Shown here one piece after another: positions 22,088 to 34,600 of a stretch of 64,000 bases of DNA. The DNA lies in NCBI GenBank assembly GCA_977020255.1, contig CDROCS010000706.1, positions 744,001-808,000 of the forward strand. The letters run 5' to 3'. The DNA comes from Obrimoposthia wandeli (taxonomy: Eukaryota). How positions within the stretch are numbered: position 1 is the first letter of the stretch; every line of letters starts with the position of its first letter. The position numbers were made by a program, and so were the translations under genes. A model generated the notes under the pieces. It did not search any database, was not told where the DNA came from, and was given only the letters and a program-made list of their open reading frames with translations.

Positions 22088-22964
22088 ATCGAGGCCGTCT
22101 TCTTCGTCTTCTTGGAAATATTTACCTTGCGACGTGTTGAGGGCTATCCAGGTACTCGCACAAGTGTGAGTAAGTAGATTATCTAAATCTCCTCTTCGTG
22201 GTAATATTTACCAAAAAATAACTTCAAATTTTATAAAAAAACTTTGAAATTTAGAAAAAATTATCTTAATTTTACAAAATAAGACTGGCTATTTTATTCA
22301 GTTATAAACTGCTGATGTACAATAACTAATTTTAGACTGACTATCGATTTATAACTTTAAAATATTTCTTTGTAAATTTTTACGAATATTTAAAATTTCC
22401 ATAAACGAACTGCTATGTTTTGAATCTTTACTTCATTTCTAGTATCTATTAATTTATTTTAAAATTTTCATTTTTATACATCAGATTTTTAATGAACATA
22501 AATATATCTTTGTCCATAGTTCATAAAGTTCACTGGCAACTCTATTAATCATTTTGCATCTTTTAGTTGCACAATTTATATTTTGTAAATAATGATATCG
22601 ACCCAATACAACATAAACTGTTGGGATCCTTGATATTGATATTAGACTTTCCGACACAATAACTTCCATTTGAATAATTTCTAAAATTCAAGTGATTTTT
22701 AAAATATTAGCCATTGATATAGTCACTATATTATAGTGGATCTATATCTAAATATTTACTGAAAAACTTTCTTCTCCAATTTTAAAAAGAAGTTTCTTCT
22801 ACAATATTTTGATAGCTCATACTTTAAGTAGCACCAAAAACAACATTTTAATTTAATAATATACGTGTACTTTTAAACAAAAGTAGACGATTTAATTTAA
22901 ATAACTTTTGATTTTCTATATGATTTACATACGTTTATTTAAAAATAATAGAAAATTATACAAA

Positions 22965-23218
22965 AAATTAAAAACAGTTTATTGAATGTGTTATAGAATG
23001 TCAAAATCTTTGTGTATCTAGAAGAAACGTTTCATTTTCTTAGACCGGAAAGTTTTATTTGCTTTCTTTTTTGTTACATTTGGACAAATAAAAGCAATAA
23101 AGATTTAGATCACACCATTGTTGAAATTTCCATTTGCGTTATTTGCCTCTTTTCATACTAATAATGTTTGTTAACGAAATTCGTAGCTGTAAGCGATAAC
23201 CGACAGCAGTTAATAAGT
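22965..23218 (+). repeat. Interspersed repeat, copy 1 (copy 2 at about 26893-27130)
   Basis: Shared block AAAACAGTTTATTGAATGTGTTA...GACCGGAAAGTTTTATTTGC...GACAGCAGTTAATAAGTT. Confidence 0.85.
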
Positions 23219-24249
23219 TTTTTAAATAAAATTTTTAAGCTATTAAAGTTTTTTAAAACTTAAATATTTCATAAACAATTATATTTTATTATTATCTTTT
23301 CAAATATTTACATTAAATTTTCAATTTCAAACGGATAATACAAGCTTCATATTATAAATTGATATTTAAGTTTGACTTTGATTCTTTGATTTTCATATAA
23401 ATAAAATAACATCAAATATGTGTAACATTTCAGAGTAAAGGCATTGAGTATATATTTCTTGAAATTGATAATTAAAAGAATTCAAATGTTTTCAGGATGT
23501 TTTGTCTGTATGATTATTTATTATATGTTTTCTTAGATATCTTCGAGAAAATTAAATCTCAGACACTACTTTTGGTTAAATTCTGAAGTATAGCTATTTT
23601 AATATTGATTACACGTGATACGCACTTAAGTTCGTTTTAGAGTCAAGTGTTTTGATAGAAATAGAAACCAATGAATACAATTTTAAAAATAGTTAGTAAT
23701 TTAAATTCTAACTCATAAATTAAAGTGTACGATTAGGAAAAAATAAGAATGCTGATAGCATGTACAAAGAAATAAAATCCGTTTCAAATAAAAAAAGAGA
23801 ATCGAAGAATGGATGGATACAAGTACGGAAAATGTAATTCACGATGTAAATATTTTCATAATAAAATTACATGTTTTCATCTATTGGGGTTTTCTAAATA
23901 CTGAATTCTGTGTATAACATTCTTAAATTCGTATATTTTAAATAATAGATGTTGTGAAATAGGATGAAGGAAAATAATTATTTCAGTTATCAAATAATTC
24001 AAGTTTTCCCTGACACTCATATATTTTAAAATGATATTTGAGTTAAATTTAAGCTAGACGAATAGGTGATTTGTGATGAAAAATTTACAAGAATAACACA
24101 AATTACTTGACGTATTGGAAAATTAGCATTGATGTATTTATCTTATAAAATGAAATCATAACAAAAAGTTGAGATAAATTTGAATTTTATCGAGGTAAAT
24201 TCTATTTGAAATTGTATTAAAGTTAGATTATAAATAATTTTATTTAACA

Positions 24250-25396
24250 GTGATATTGCATTAAAGTGCATTTATGTCAAAAAGTACATTATGGAACGAT
24301 TGGCTAACATTTGTAATTGACAAATTTCGAATTATGCCTTATGGAGAGTACTTGGATGTTACTTCAGTCATTACAACAGTCCATTTATATTGAAGTTGTA
24401 TTTGATTCTCCCAATCAACAACTTAATTTGTAGAATTATTATTTGGTTGAGTTTTCTCACAACCGTTTGACGGTAAAATCAAGTAAAGGCATAGGTCTGA
24501 TCCGAATGAATCCCCGATAGTGTAGAATAACCATACCACTTTACTAGATTTCGTTTATCTTTATGACATACTTTAAATCTAATGATATTTTGAATTTTAA
24601 ATATCTGAGGTTCGTCAATAACTTGTAATTCTGCTTCATAGTTATGTAATAATAAACTCAAAATATCCTATTTGCAATAATTTGTTTAGAATTTCATATT
24701 TAAACCTGTATAATATAAATTGCATTGTGGAATCTAACTCTTGAATCGTGTCTATGATAGAAAACATAATTTAAAAATTTACCAGTCATGATTTCATATT
24801 CAAAATCAATAATAAAATACATTGATTTTTATTTTGAATGAACATGTAGAGATTTTTTGTTGTTGTGTTGTTTCATAGGTTTATCAAGTCAAAGACAATT
24901 TGATAATATACCTGGACAATATATACAAGTTTCCACATCATATTTTATTAAAGACGAAAGCCTGAAAAATCCTGACTTTGCTAATGATACTAATCCAACG
25001 TAATTTTAACGTAATGATACTAGTCTAGTCTATTCGTCTTTAGAATCTCTAAATCTTTAAAACGAAAATAAATTTCTTTCCCTGAAAAATTATACAAAAA
25101 TCTTATTAATTTATATTTCATCTACACTATTATCACAAAAAATAAACACCGCTAAAAAACGTTTTTTATACTATCAGAAGAAAGTATGGTTTTTGATCAT
25201 TGAGAGGCATTATTTCAATTTTTATTTATTTTTATTTATGTCCTTTTTATTTATTTTTTTAATTCTCCTCTTTTTGGATACTCACATGCACATAATTTCA
25301 CTTTAGACACATATACACATGCACAAAATTCATTCTCATATGTACGGTTTTAAAAGACTGACAGGGAGCAGATTAGATTAGCTACATCCACCTACT
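24250..25396 (-). mobile_element. Degenerate Polinton relic C (terminus, integrase chromodomain end, start of next ORF)
   Basis: Terminus AGTAGGTGGATGT on minus at 25396, homologous to 9199. YEAELQVIDEPQIFKIQNII...LVKWYGY resembles the Polinton integrase C-terminus. It is followed by NNSTN*VVDWENQIQLQYKWTVVMTE, similar to a conserved Polinton structural ORF. Confidence 0.55.
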
Positions 25397-26892
25397 CAAG
25401 GGCATGATATAAAATTTGTAAACACACTGACATGGTTTACGGCGTTGAAAAGGTAAGGGAATTATGTCATTATAACAAAACCTTTGTAAAATTGTTGCAA
25501 TCTTCATAATTCACAACACACACTCCCTTTTAAAAAGTTTGGATTCAACTAATGAAATCGTCAGCCAATAAGATTTAAGCAAGCAATTATATACTTTAAG
25601 TTGATGAATCTAAATTATGAGTAAATCAAGAAACATTAAAACGTCTAATCTGATAGACAATATGGCTTTATGAATGAAATTTTCAAAAAGATTAATAGTT
25701 TTCGTCATTGTTGGCAACTGTATAAATATTCGTGGAAAGCTCAAATTTTTCAAATACCATGACTTTGTACTGACAAGTTTCGTACCGGTCTCAAATATAT
25801 ATATTAGATATGTAAATACAAGGATAGAAGATAAATTCAACTAGCCAACAGAAGCATATTTGGAAAACTAGAGAAGAACTTATATAGGAGAGCAATATAT
25901 AGTTATTTGAATTTAAATAAACATTTAAATAAAAATAAATTAAAAAATTAAATAATTTCTTTTATAATTATTTTTTTATTTAAGTTAAAAACATTTTAAA
26001 AAATCGAGAATATTATCTCAATTTAATAACATCATCAAAATCCAGTTTCTCTCAAAAATATGTATCAAATTGAATTTCTCCTGAGTAAAAACCCAATAAA
26101 TAGTATAGAAAAGTGCACTTTGCAGCTCATCAGCTAAGACCACGTGTCAGAATAGTGAAGAATATTGAAATATGTAAGCTGTATAGCGTATGGTGTTCGG
26201 TAGAAGTTAACGGGGATCTAGAAAAAGATACATCCTAGTTGAGAAAGGATGAATATAAATGTCGGTGAGCTTAATAAATTGGGAAAAATCTATATTATGT
26301 TTTTACTCGAGTTCTGAGGGAATCTCTTGTCTACTGTAAGTATAAATGACACAAACATACTTAATCATCAAAGAAAACATCGACTTAGAGTTGATTGAAC
26401 AGCATATTCAATAACATATCCGTATGTTTATATTTAAAACATGAAGTCAGGATCAAACTCAAAATGCACCAATAGAAAGCGAAAATAGAAAAATCTAATT
26501 TTTTATAATATTTCTATCAGAATGCCGATGTAGAAATTTGGAATGTCAAATCATAAATTAGCAACAACAACAAAAAATTAGTTAACTAAGCAAAAATAAT
26601 AAAATAAATGGTTCATATTTCCGCAATCTTTCAATAAAATAAGTTTCCATTACAAAATGTCGCGTTTTCCATGTTGAAAAATATTTATTAAATTTATTTA
26701 AAAATGACAATAATTATATAATTATCAATTCACTTTTATTTAAAATGTCGTTTCGTTTGAATTGGTGCTCCAATAGGGCTAATGTGAGGTACTTGAGCAC
26801 TTGGAGCTTATTTTGTAAAATATCATTCAAATTGAATTCGTAAATCATTATTTCAAATATATATTTAAATGTACAAAGGTTCATTTAAAAGC

Positions 26893-27130
26893 ACAAAAAC
26901 AGTTTATTGAATGTGTTAAAGATTGTCAAAACGTGTAAAACGCTTCATTTTCTAAGACCGGAAAGTTTTATTTGCTTTCTTTTTTGTTACATTTGGACAA
27001 ATAAAAACAATAAAGATTTAGACCACACCATTGTTGAAATTTCCATTTGTGTTATTTGCCTCTTTTCATACTAACATTGTTTGTTAAAGAAATTCGTAGC
27101 TGAAGGCGATGACCGACAGCAGTTAATAAG
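26893..27130 (+). repeat. Interspersed repeat, copy 2
   Basis: Homologous to 22965-23218. Confidence 0.85.
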
Positions 27131-27195
27131 TTGTCCCGAATCCCAGATTTTTCGTTTAAAATATGTCAAAATTTATGTTTGGAAGAAAATTATTT

Positions 27196-27267
27196 GCCGT
27201 ATTTGGGGATTGAACCACGGGTTTCACTACTTACAAGTTGTGCATTCTATCACTGAACTATCAGGGC
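27196..27267 (-). repeat. tRNA-derived degenerate sequence (SINE-like or pseudo-tRNA)
   Basis: A-box-like TAGTTCAGTGATAGAA, loop CTTGTAA, B-box-like GGTTCAATCC. Homologous to 50703-50774 including flanks. Confidence 0.6.
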
Positions 27268-28012
27268 TCGTACTCTCTCACGATAACCCAACTAAGAATT
27301 TGTATTTGTCGGTAATTAATTTTTATCGTATAATTATATTATCAATTTGATGTAATAAACCAACATGGATTGTTGAATGAACAATACACCCAATCAAATT
27401 GTTTATCACAGATATAATTTTAACATCAACGAACCCTTAAAGATAGGGCAAAATAAAGAAATATTCATGACCAAAGAGCTTCAAAAATGCAAAATAGAAA
27501 CTGTTTGGATCATTCTAATGAAATAAATGTGACAAAATTAAAAGTCAAAGAGCGTTTTTGTAGTCTTATCTCCAAACAAGTCCTATTCTCTTAAACTTAT
27601 TTAGAAAAATATTTTACGCGTTTGTAGTATTCTCATAAGTTTTGATAGTATTCTTACTTCAAGTCCTCTTCCACAATCAGAGCCACGTTAGTCTAGATCG
27701 TGCGTAGTTCGATCCGTTCTGACTTGTCCACTCATCTTCTTTCGCATGTCTGCTACTTTTTATTTGACCTCTTTTTGAGATGAATTTTCCGCGTCGATGA
27801 ATTTGTCCTGGAATTTTCGCTAATTTATGAAATTTAAATATTTAATTATTAAATGTTATTTTAATTTATATTTTGCGATAAGTATATATTTATTATGTCA
27901 ACTGAATTTATATTGTTATTTTCTTACAATTGTTTATTCAGTTTAATTCTGTTTTCAATCACTAAACCAAACGTATTTATAAATGACGAATGACGGCTTT
28001 TTTACCTTTTAG

Positions 28013-28579
28013 ATTCCTCCCATTCGACCAATACTTTTGGACAGAGTCAAATTTATTCGGAGTGTTGGTAAAGGCTCAATATTCAAATATTCCAATAAAA
28101 ATCTGGAAACAATTGTTGAGGATGATGACGGCAATCCGCTGATTATAGCGGGTTATTTTGGCCTTTCCAGGATGATTATTATGCCTAAATATGAATTCAT
28201 GTCAAATTTCGAAGAATTTTCCAATAAAAATGCCAAGTTCAGCGAAAATGTCATGCTCTGGCTATCGAGGAACCAATGTTCGGACGCGTTTTCCTGTATT
28301 TCGGAGCTCGACACTGCTCCCACCTACTATGGTAAAGATTACAAAGTGATTCGATTCAACTCGAACAAATTTCCGACTGAGTCTACAGAATTCTTGCAGC
28401 GATTCTGTCGATATAGACGGGGATTCATCATGGGTGGTACGTACTGGCATCATTTATCGACAATAGAGGCTAGAATGATGAGCTTACTTGGGGTTTGCTC
28501 CAGTGGCTACACAAATCAAACCGAATTCAGGATATCTTCTCAGAAGCAGTTGCCAATCACATCGATTCCTATGTGTTGA
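28013..28579 (+). CDS. Terminal exon encoding a TCAF/FAM115 N-terminal-like domain
   Basis: Acceptor CTTTTAG at 28012, phase 0. PLIIAGYFGLSRMII...ENVMLWL and FLQRFCRYRRGFIMGGTYW resemble TCAF IAA..YGRGR.VV...NAV.WL and FV..GGGL.IGG.AW. Confidence 0.45.
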   Translation: MPPIRPILLDRVKFIRSVGKGSIFKYSNKNLETIVEDDDGNPLIIAGYFGLSRMIIMPKYEFMSNFEEFSNKNAKFSENVMLWLSRNQCSDAFSCISELDTAPTYYGKDYKVIRFNSNKFPTESTEFLQRFCRYRRGFIMGGTYWHHLSTIEARMMSLLGVCSSGYTNQTEFRISSQKQLPITSIPMC

Positions 28580-30013
28580 AAACTTCTGTAGCCTTCAGTG
28601 ACTTTGTATGAAATAAACACTATTTAAATAGAGTATTCAGTCGTTTATTTCACTCTGTCTCTCCTTTCCTTTTTTAGTTGGATGAAATATTTCATAACAT
28701 ATCATTTTGTTTTCAATAATACAGATATCACTATGATGTTTAGCAAATATAATCGATAGCATAACCATGTTAAGACAGATAAAGGCATGTACCCCCTTAA
28801 ATAATGGCAATAGTCAATTTATAAATTGATTACATTAAATAATAATTTTTAAACCAAATTTGCTTAACAATATCTGTGAAAGAGTAAATATCTAAAATGA
28901 AGTTCTACTACAGTTGTTTCTGCGTTCATCGTCGAAATAAAACACAAAAATGACCCCACAATTTTTATTAAATAAAAACTCACGCACGCTGGGTTTTTTT
29001 CTTCTTTCACAACAATTCAAATTTTCACCCTATTTTTTCAATTCATTCTTTTAAACAAAATCTATCTTTTTTGTCACTTCTTTTAACATAATTATTATTA
29101 TTATGTTAACACACGCACACAACTCTAAAAACATCCGATCTCATGTCCGAACATTCCCCTTCCCCTTGTTCAAACCCGATCTCCTGGTTTATCAACCTAT
29201 TCTGTTCACTCGCTTCCACCTTCAACGGACACATCTTTACTACCGGTCTCACACACTCATTCCCTCCTACATTTACTACACAGCTCCTGACTTCTGCTTA
29301 CTTATTCGCTCTTAATTCCCATATTTTCCCGACAAGCCAGACTCCCTGCTCATTCTTCTTGTCTAGTACCCACACAAGTTGTCCCTCACTCAACGGGTTT
29401 TCTTTTCGTTTCCACTTACTTCTCCTAATCCAGGTGGGTATCATCTCACTCATCCATCTTTTCCACACATGACTAACGATCTCTTGTATTCTACACCACC
29501 GATGGCCGAGTTCTCCGTCCCCCATTAATGCTGTCTCATTCCCCAAACCTTCTTCTCTTCCACTCACCATGAAATCTTTTGGTCTTAACGGTAATTCTTC
29601 CTTGCTATATGCAGACCGAAAAGTGATTAGTCGAGAGCTCAGCAGTTCCTCAACTTCAACAAATACTGCTCTCAGCTCTTCATCACTTATATCAGAATTT
29701 ATCAACACCATCCCAATCGCTTCTTAGCGCTCTTCATCAAACTTTCAAACACTCCCCCAAAGTGTGGCGCGGCTGGTGGGTTAAATATCCAACGAATCTC
29801 TTCCCGTTCCAACTGCTTTCTCATACTGTAGTCGTCAATTACAATTTCACTTTTTACGTTAGCTGTCCCTTGAAAGTTTGTGCCGTTGTCGGAAATAACC
29901 AACTGCAGCCTACTCCGTTTTCCCATAAATCTCTTTAAAACCCTTATAAACCCGTCCAACTCTAAATTCCAAGCCATCTATAGATGCACCGCCCGTGTTT
30001 GTAAGCATGTAAA

Positions 30014-31637
30014 TGTTAGGATTAGGAAATTAATAAAATTATGAAAAATTAATTATTCATACATTAAAATAAATCCTTGAAAACAAGGTTAAAAATAAAA
30101 TCAAATTTTAAAATAAGAAATTAAAAATTAAATAACAAAATTATCAAAAGTTAAGGACCTTGAAAGGTCGTGTGCAATGCGTTATATATAAGAAAGTTAG
30201 GGCCCCAAGAATCATAAGGACAAAAAGTGAGTCAATTAAAGAAGAGTATAGGATCGACGTATTGTGGGAAAAGTACAGCGGCTCGACTGACTAAGGAAAT
30301 CACTCTCGGAGAATCGCTGCGAGAAACCGTGAGACCAGCCAGCTGACAGCCGTCTCAACAGTCCTCAAGGTAAGTGATGTCTAGACGAGCCATTGGCCTA
30401 ATTGTTTCTTTCCAGATATTCCACTTACGGAAGAAAAAGCTCGGTGTTGGTTGCAGGGGGGAGTTGGAGCTGGATTGGAAATTTAAAAGTGAGAAGCGCT
30501 TGGATTTAAGCCACAAAGTAAGTCTCGTCGATAAAATCCGAGCTCTGCAGAAATTAACGAGAAATCGGAGAAACGAGAAAAACGTCTGAAAAGAAGAAAG
30601 CACTTAGACGGCAGCCACCAAATTCCAGAAGCTCAGGTGAGAAGGAACCAGAATCAGGGAGTTGGATTAATTAATCAATACAATTTTGCAGAAACATAAG
30701 GACCTCAAAAATCGATTCCGAGACTGGAATCCGGAGAGCGATCGCAAGGAGAACCAAGGATATCACACGACACGGAGCAGCTTGAACCGGGACGCATATC
30801 TAGGGCTAGATTCGGTATTGAGAGCGGATCTTGGAGAGAGAATCGGTTGGTTAATAACAATTTTTATCATATATTGCGTTAAAAGAAGTTTTGATAAAGT
30901 ACGAATTTGTCATTGATAAAGTTAAAAGAAGTTTTGATAAAGTACGAATTTGTCAATGATAAAGTTAAAAGAAGTTCTGATAAAGTACGAATTTGTCAAT
31001 GATAAAGTTAAAAGAAGTTTTGATAAAGTACGAATTTGTCATTGATAAAGTTAAAAGAAGTTTTGATAAAGTGTGGAATTTAGAAGACGTGTTAAATTAA
31101 AGTTAGGATATTAAAAGTGTATAATTGTCGCAAATAAATTAACTCTACAAAATATATCAAAATAAACGAACTGCCCATATTTTAGAGTGTTTACTCTGCA
31201 TAAAACCAATAAACTAACTGCCCATATTTTTAGAGTGAGTACTCTCTAAAATCAACAAATTTAACTTGCCCATATTTTTAGAGTAAAAAGACTCTATCGA
31301 ACTAAAAACCCTCAATTAAAATCGATACGCGAAACGTCCCCCCTTGTGTAGAGACTTTGTGAAAAGTATTTAGGATTAGCTGTTGTAATTTTTATAACGT
31401 TTTTTAGAACGTAACTACTGTGTTAAAGAATAAAGATTTCCTACAACTAAACAGCGTTGTTACAGACCCACCACACCTAGACAAAACAAACCTTCAGATA
31501 AGAATTGAGACAGGTAAGCAAAACTTAAGTAGGCCACAAACAACTGCAAGCCCTACTTCTACAGAACTCACGTTGGGGCCCGCCATCAGAGGATCTATAT
31601 CTAAACTCCAAAGTAGTTTCATATAGAAACCCCAACA
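30014..31637. mobile_element. Solo LTR (1.6 kb) inserted in the Pao integrase
   Basis: TGTTAGG...CCCAACA termini, TAAA direct repeats at 30010-30013 and 31638-31641. Homologous, in opposite orientation, to 47329-50019 and 62646 onward. Confidence 0.8.
30878..31072 (+). repeat. 43-bp minisatellite (about 4.5 copies) inside the LTR
   Basis: Unit GTTAAAAGAAGTTTTGATAAAGTACGAATTTGTCATTGATAAA. Confidence 0.95.
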
Positions 31638-34600
31638 TAAATATCGTTTATTTCAAACACGTTCTCTCTCTTGTTTTGTAAAATAAGGTCCCGCAAAATC
31701 CACGCCCACTTTATCAAATGCTCGAAGTGGCGATAAAAATCTGAATATAGGTAATGGTGCCATTTTTGTTATCGTCCCTCGCCCACTCCATCGTTTACAT
31801 TCAAACATTTCATCTGATAATTTCGTATTACCACTCTAGCCTTTTCAATCCACATCTCCCGACTTAATTCACTCAGTATGTGGCTTACTCCGGTTGCATG
31901 TTTCTTGGACTGTTGTACCTTTCTGACAATTAACCACGTCCCCAAACTGTATATTTCTAATATTATCGGACACCATGTCTGTTCGGGAAGTATTTCTGTC
32001 TGAATTATACGGCTATTACTTTTCATTAACCTATCCTCATCTAATATCGGATTTAACCCTTATACTTTCTTTACGTATTTGCTTTCCCCTAGTTAAGGCA
32101 TTAATTTCATCGGAATAATATTCCTGCTGATCTCGCTTTATTATCGCTGATAGTGCATCTTCTAATTTATCTACAGATAATATAACTTTCTCACGTTGGT
32201 CTATCCTGACTCTACAATTATCTACAAAACGCTGTACCCATGCTCGTACTCGTACTAAACGTTTCCAATCTGAGAAGGTATTTGAAATACATCCGTATGC
32301 CCAACATAAGTTTTCATTGTTGATACTTGACCAAAAAACAGGTAGTACGTTTCATCTTCATATTTGAGTGTTTCATTTTTATTCCTTCATTTGGCCACCA
32401 CTCTTTGTCTCTTTTCAAAAACTCAGATCCCTCCCACTAATACTTGGATCAAATCATATCTTCTATATTCATTCCTCTCGATAACAAATCAGCGGTATTC
32501 GTTTGGTAGGAATATAGTGCCATTGACTAGATCTTGTACTTCGTTGAATGTTAAATACTATATTTGTTACAAATGTTTTAAATAACCTATTGTGTTGTTG
32601 TATCCAACTAAGTATAGTCATACTGTCCCTCCAAAATTTAATCTCGCTTATCTCTATATCTAGGACCTTGGCCATCTTCTTTCCCAAATCCAAACCTACA
32701 CATGCTGTCATCCACTCTAATCTAGGTAAACATAGTGTAGATATCGAAATCACTCTTGCTTTTCCCATTACCAGTGTGCTACATACCTCACGTTTCCCTC
32801 GTTCACACGCATACAACATCGCCCCATAGATCATCATTGGAGCATCCACAAAAAGATGATAATCCATCACAGTCGTTTCTTTGTCTTTTAAGCATCACAC
32901 CATTCGAACTTTATCCAATAAATGACACTCATTACTCCAACTGGAATTTGATGCTATCAACTCATCTTCCAATTCTTCATATTAGCCCGCTGTATTCAAC
33001 CTTATATCTTGCATTGATCATTTTCCCTTGAATTGTGAATGCACTGATCATCCCGAACGGATCATAAATTCTCGCTATCAGACTAAGAAAGGTTATTTTT
33101 GTAACTCGATCCAACTTCATTTCTTTAACATAAATTTTAAAAACATCCTACAGTGCATTCCATTTTACTCCTAAGGTTTTTGTTTCCACATCTTCAGTTT
33201 CTTATATCTTCCATTCAATCGCCCTTTCATCACTTTGTACTGTTTCCATCAATTCTTGAATAGTACTCAGCCATTTTCTAGCACTCATTATTGCTGCTGT
33301 CCATAATCTTGTAGTTCCCACCTTAGTTTTATCCCTTGATCAACTGTAGCTACAGAATCAATGATATCATTCATATATGTAGAACATAGAATAGTTTCCG
33401 CGGCTTTTGATGTTTTCTAGAGTTTTCTTGAGTAATTAATTGTGCCAAGTATGGCAATGCATTTAATCCAAACACCAGTATATTAAACTCAAATTTACGT
33501 AACTCACCGTCTTGCCACCACAAAAACCGCAGATATATTTTATCCTCGTATACTTTTATTTGGAGATACATTTCCCGAATATCACATAGTAATGCAATCC
33601 GATGTTTTTAAAATCGTGTTAAGATCGTCACTAGATCACCCTGTAACTTTAGTCCTCCTTCAATCGCATCATTCAGACTCAAATCCCGCACTTTGGCAGT
33701 GACATTAAAAACAATTCGGATCTTTGTCGTGGTCTTATCGCGACGTATAACCGGAAAATGTGGCAATAACCACTTAGTCTCATTTTCCCTTGATTTCGAA
33801 ATCATCGTCATATATCTCATGTCGTCATATATCATCTATGGCTCGGCTATATTCCGTTTTTCCGATTCAAACTTTCCAATAGACTTTTTACCATATCTTT
33901 ACTTTAGCATAACTCTTCTTTCATCGGTGTCCATGGTATCCTCACATGATACTTGCGCCGTCATACACAATCGTGTGTTTCGTTTTCTGGGTCAGTCTTT
34001 CATCTTCGATTGACATTATCGTTTCATTCATACATTCCTCATTAACCCAAAATTTGCAGCATCTTGTTTAATTGTTCGCATTGTGCCAGATACGTTCTTG
34101 CGAAATTCGTTGTATTTCCTCTACTACCATCTATCATTCCCATGCACGTCCAACCCACCGGTGTCAACCGAGCCACCGAATCTTCATCTCTTCCAGAAAC
34201 TTATATAATAACTCGATGCGCTCTCATGCAATCTGTACCTATCAAGACACCAACTTTTGCGATCTCCGTACTTTTTGTGGGAATTGTATATTTCTGAGAT
34301 GCGGCCATTGTCCTGCGAATTTATCCCACTCGTATACTGTCTAGTCACCAGTTACGTTATTTACTGTTAGAGCATCTAATATTAAATTTTCTTTACTGTC
34401 CACACTTTCAACATTCACATTGATTGATGTAGCTCTTATCTCTTGCACCTTCCATCTAACAATTTCCACTGGAACTATCTGTTCTGGTCCCTCTAATCTC
34501 AATGCCTTTGCTACCCAGTTGTTGACATAACTCGTCGTGCTGGCATCATCTAATAGTGCGTTTAACCACACTGTCTTTCCTCGATTTTCCAGAATGACAG

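Larger units (their letters stand above)
19735..22212 (-). mobile_element. Two-ORF reverse-transcribing element (core/gag plus RT-RNase H), hepadnavirus/HEART- or DIRS-related, with no integrase or recombinase visible
   Basis: Two overlapping uninterrupted ORFs, GC content higher than the flanks, no LTR or TIR seen. Confidence 0.75.
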
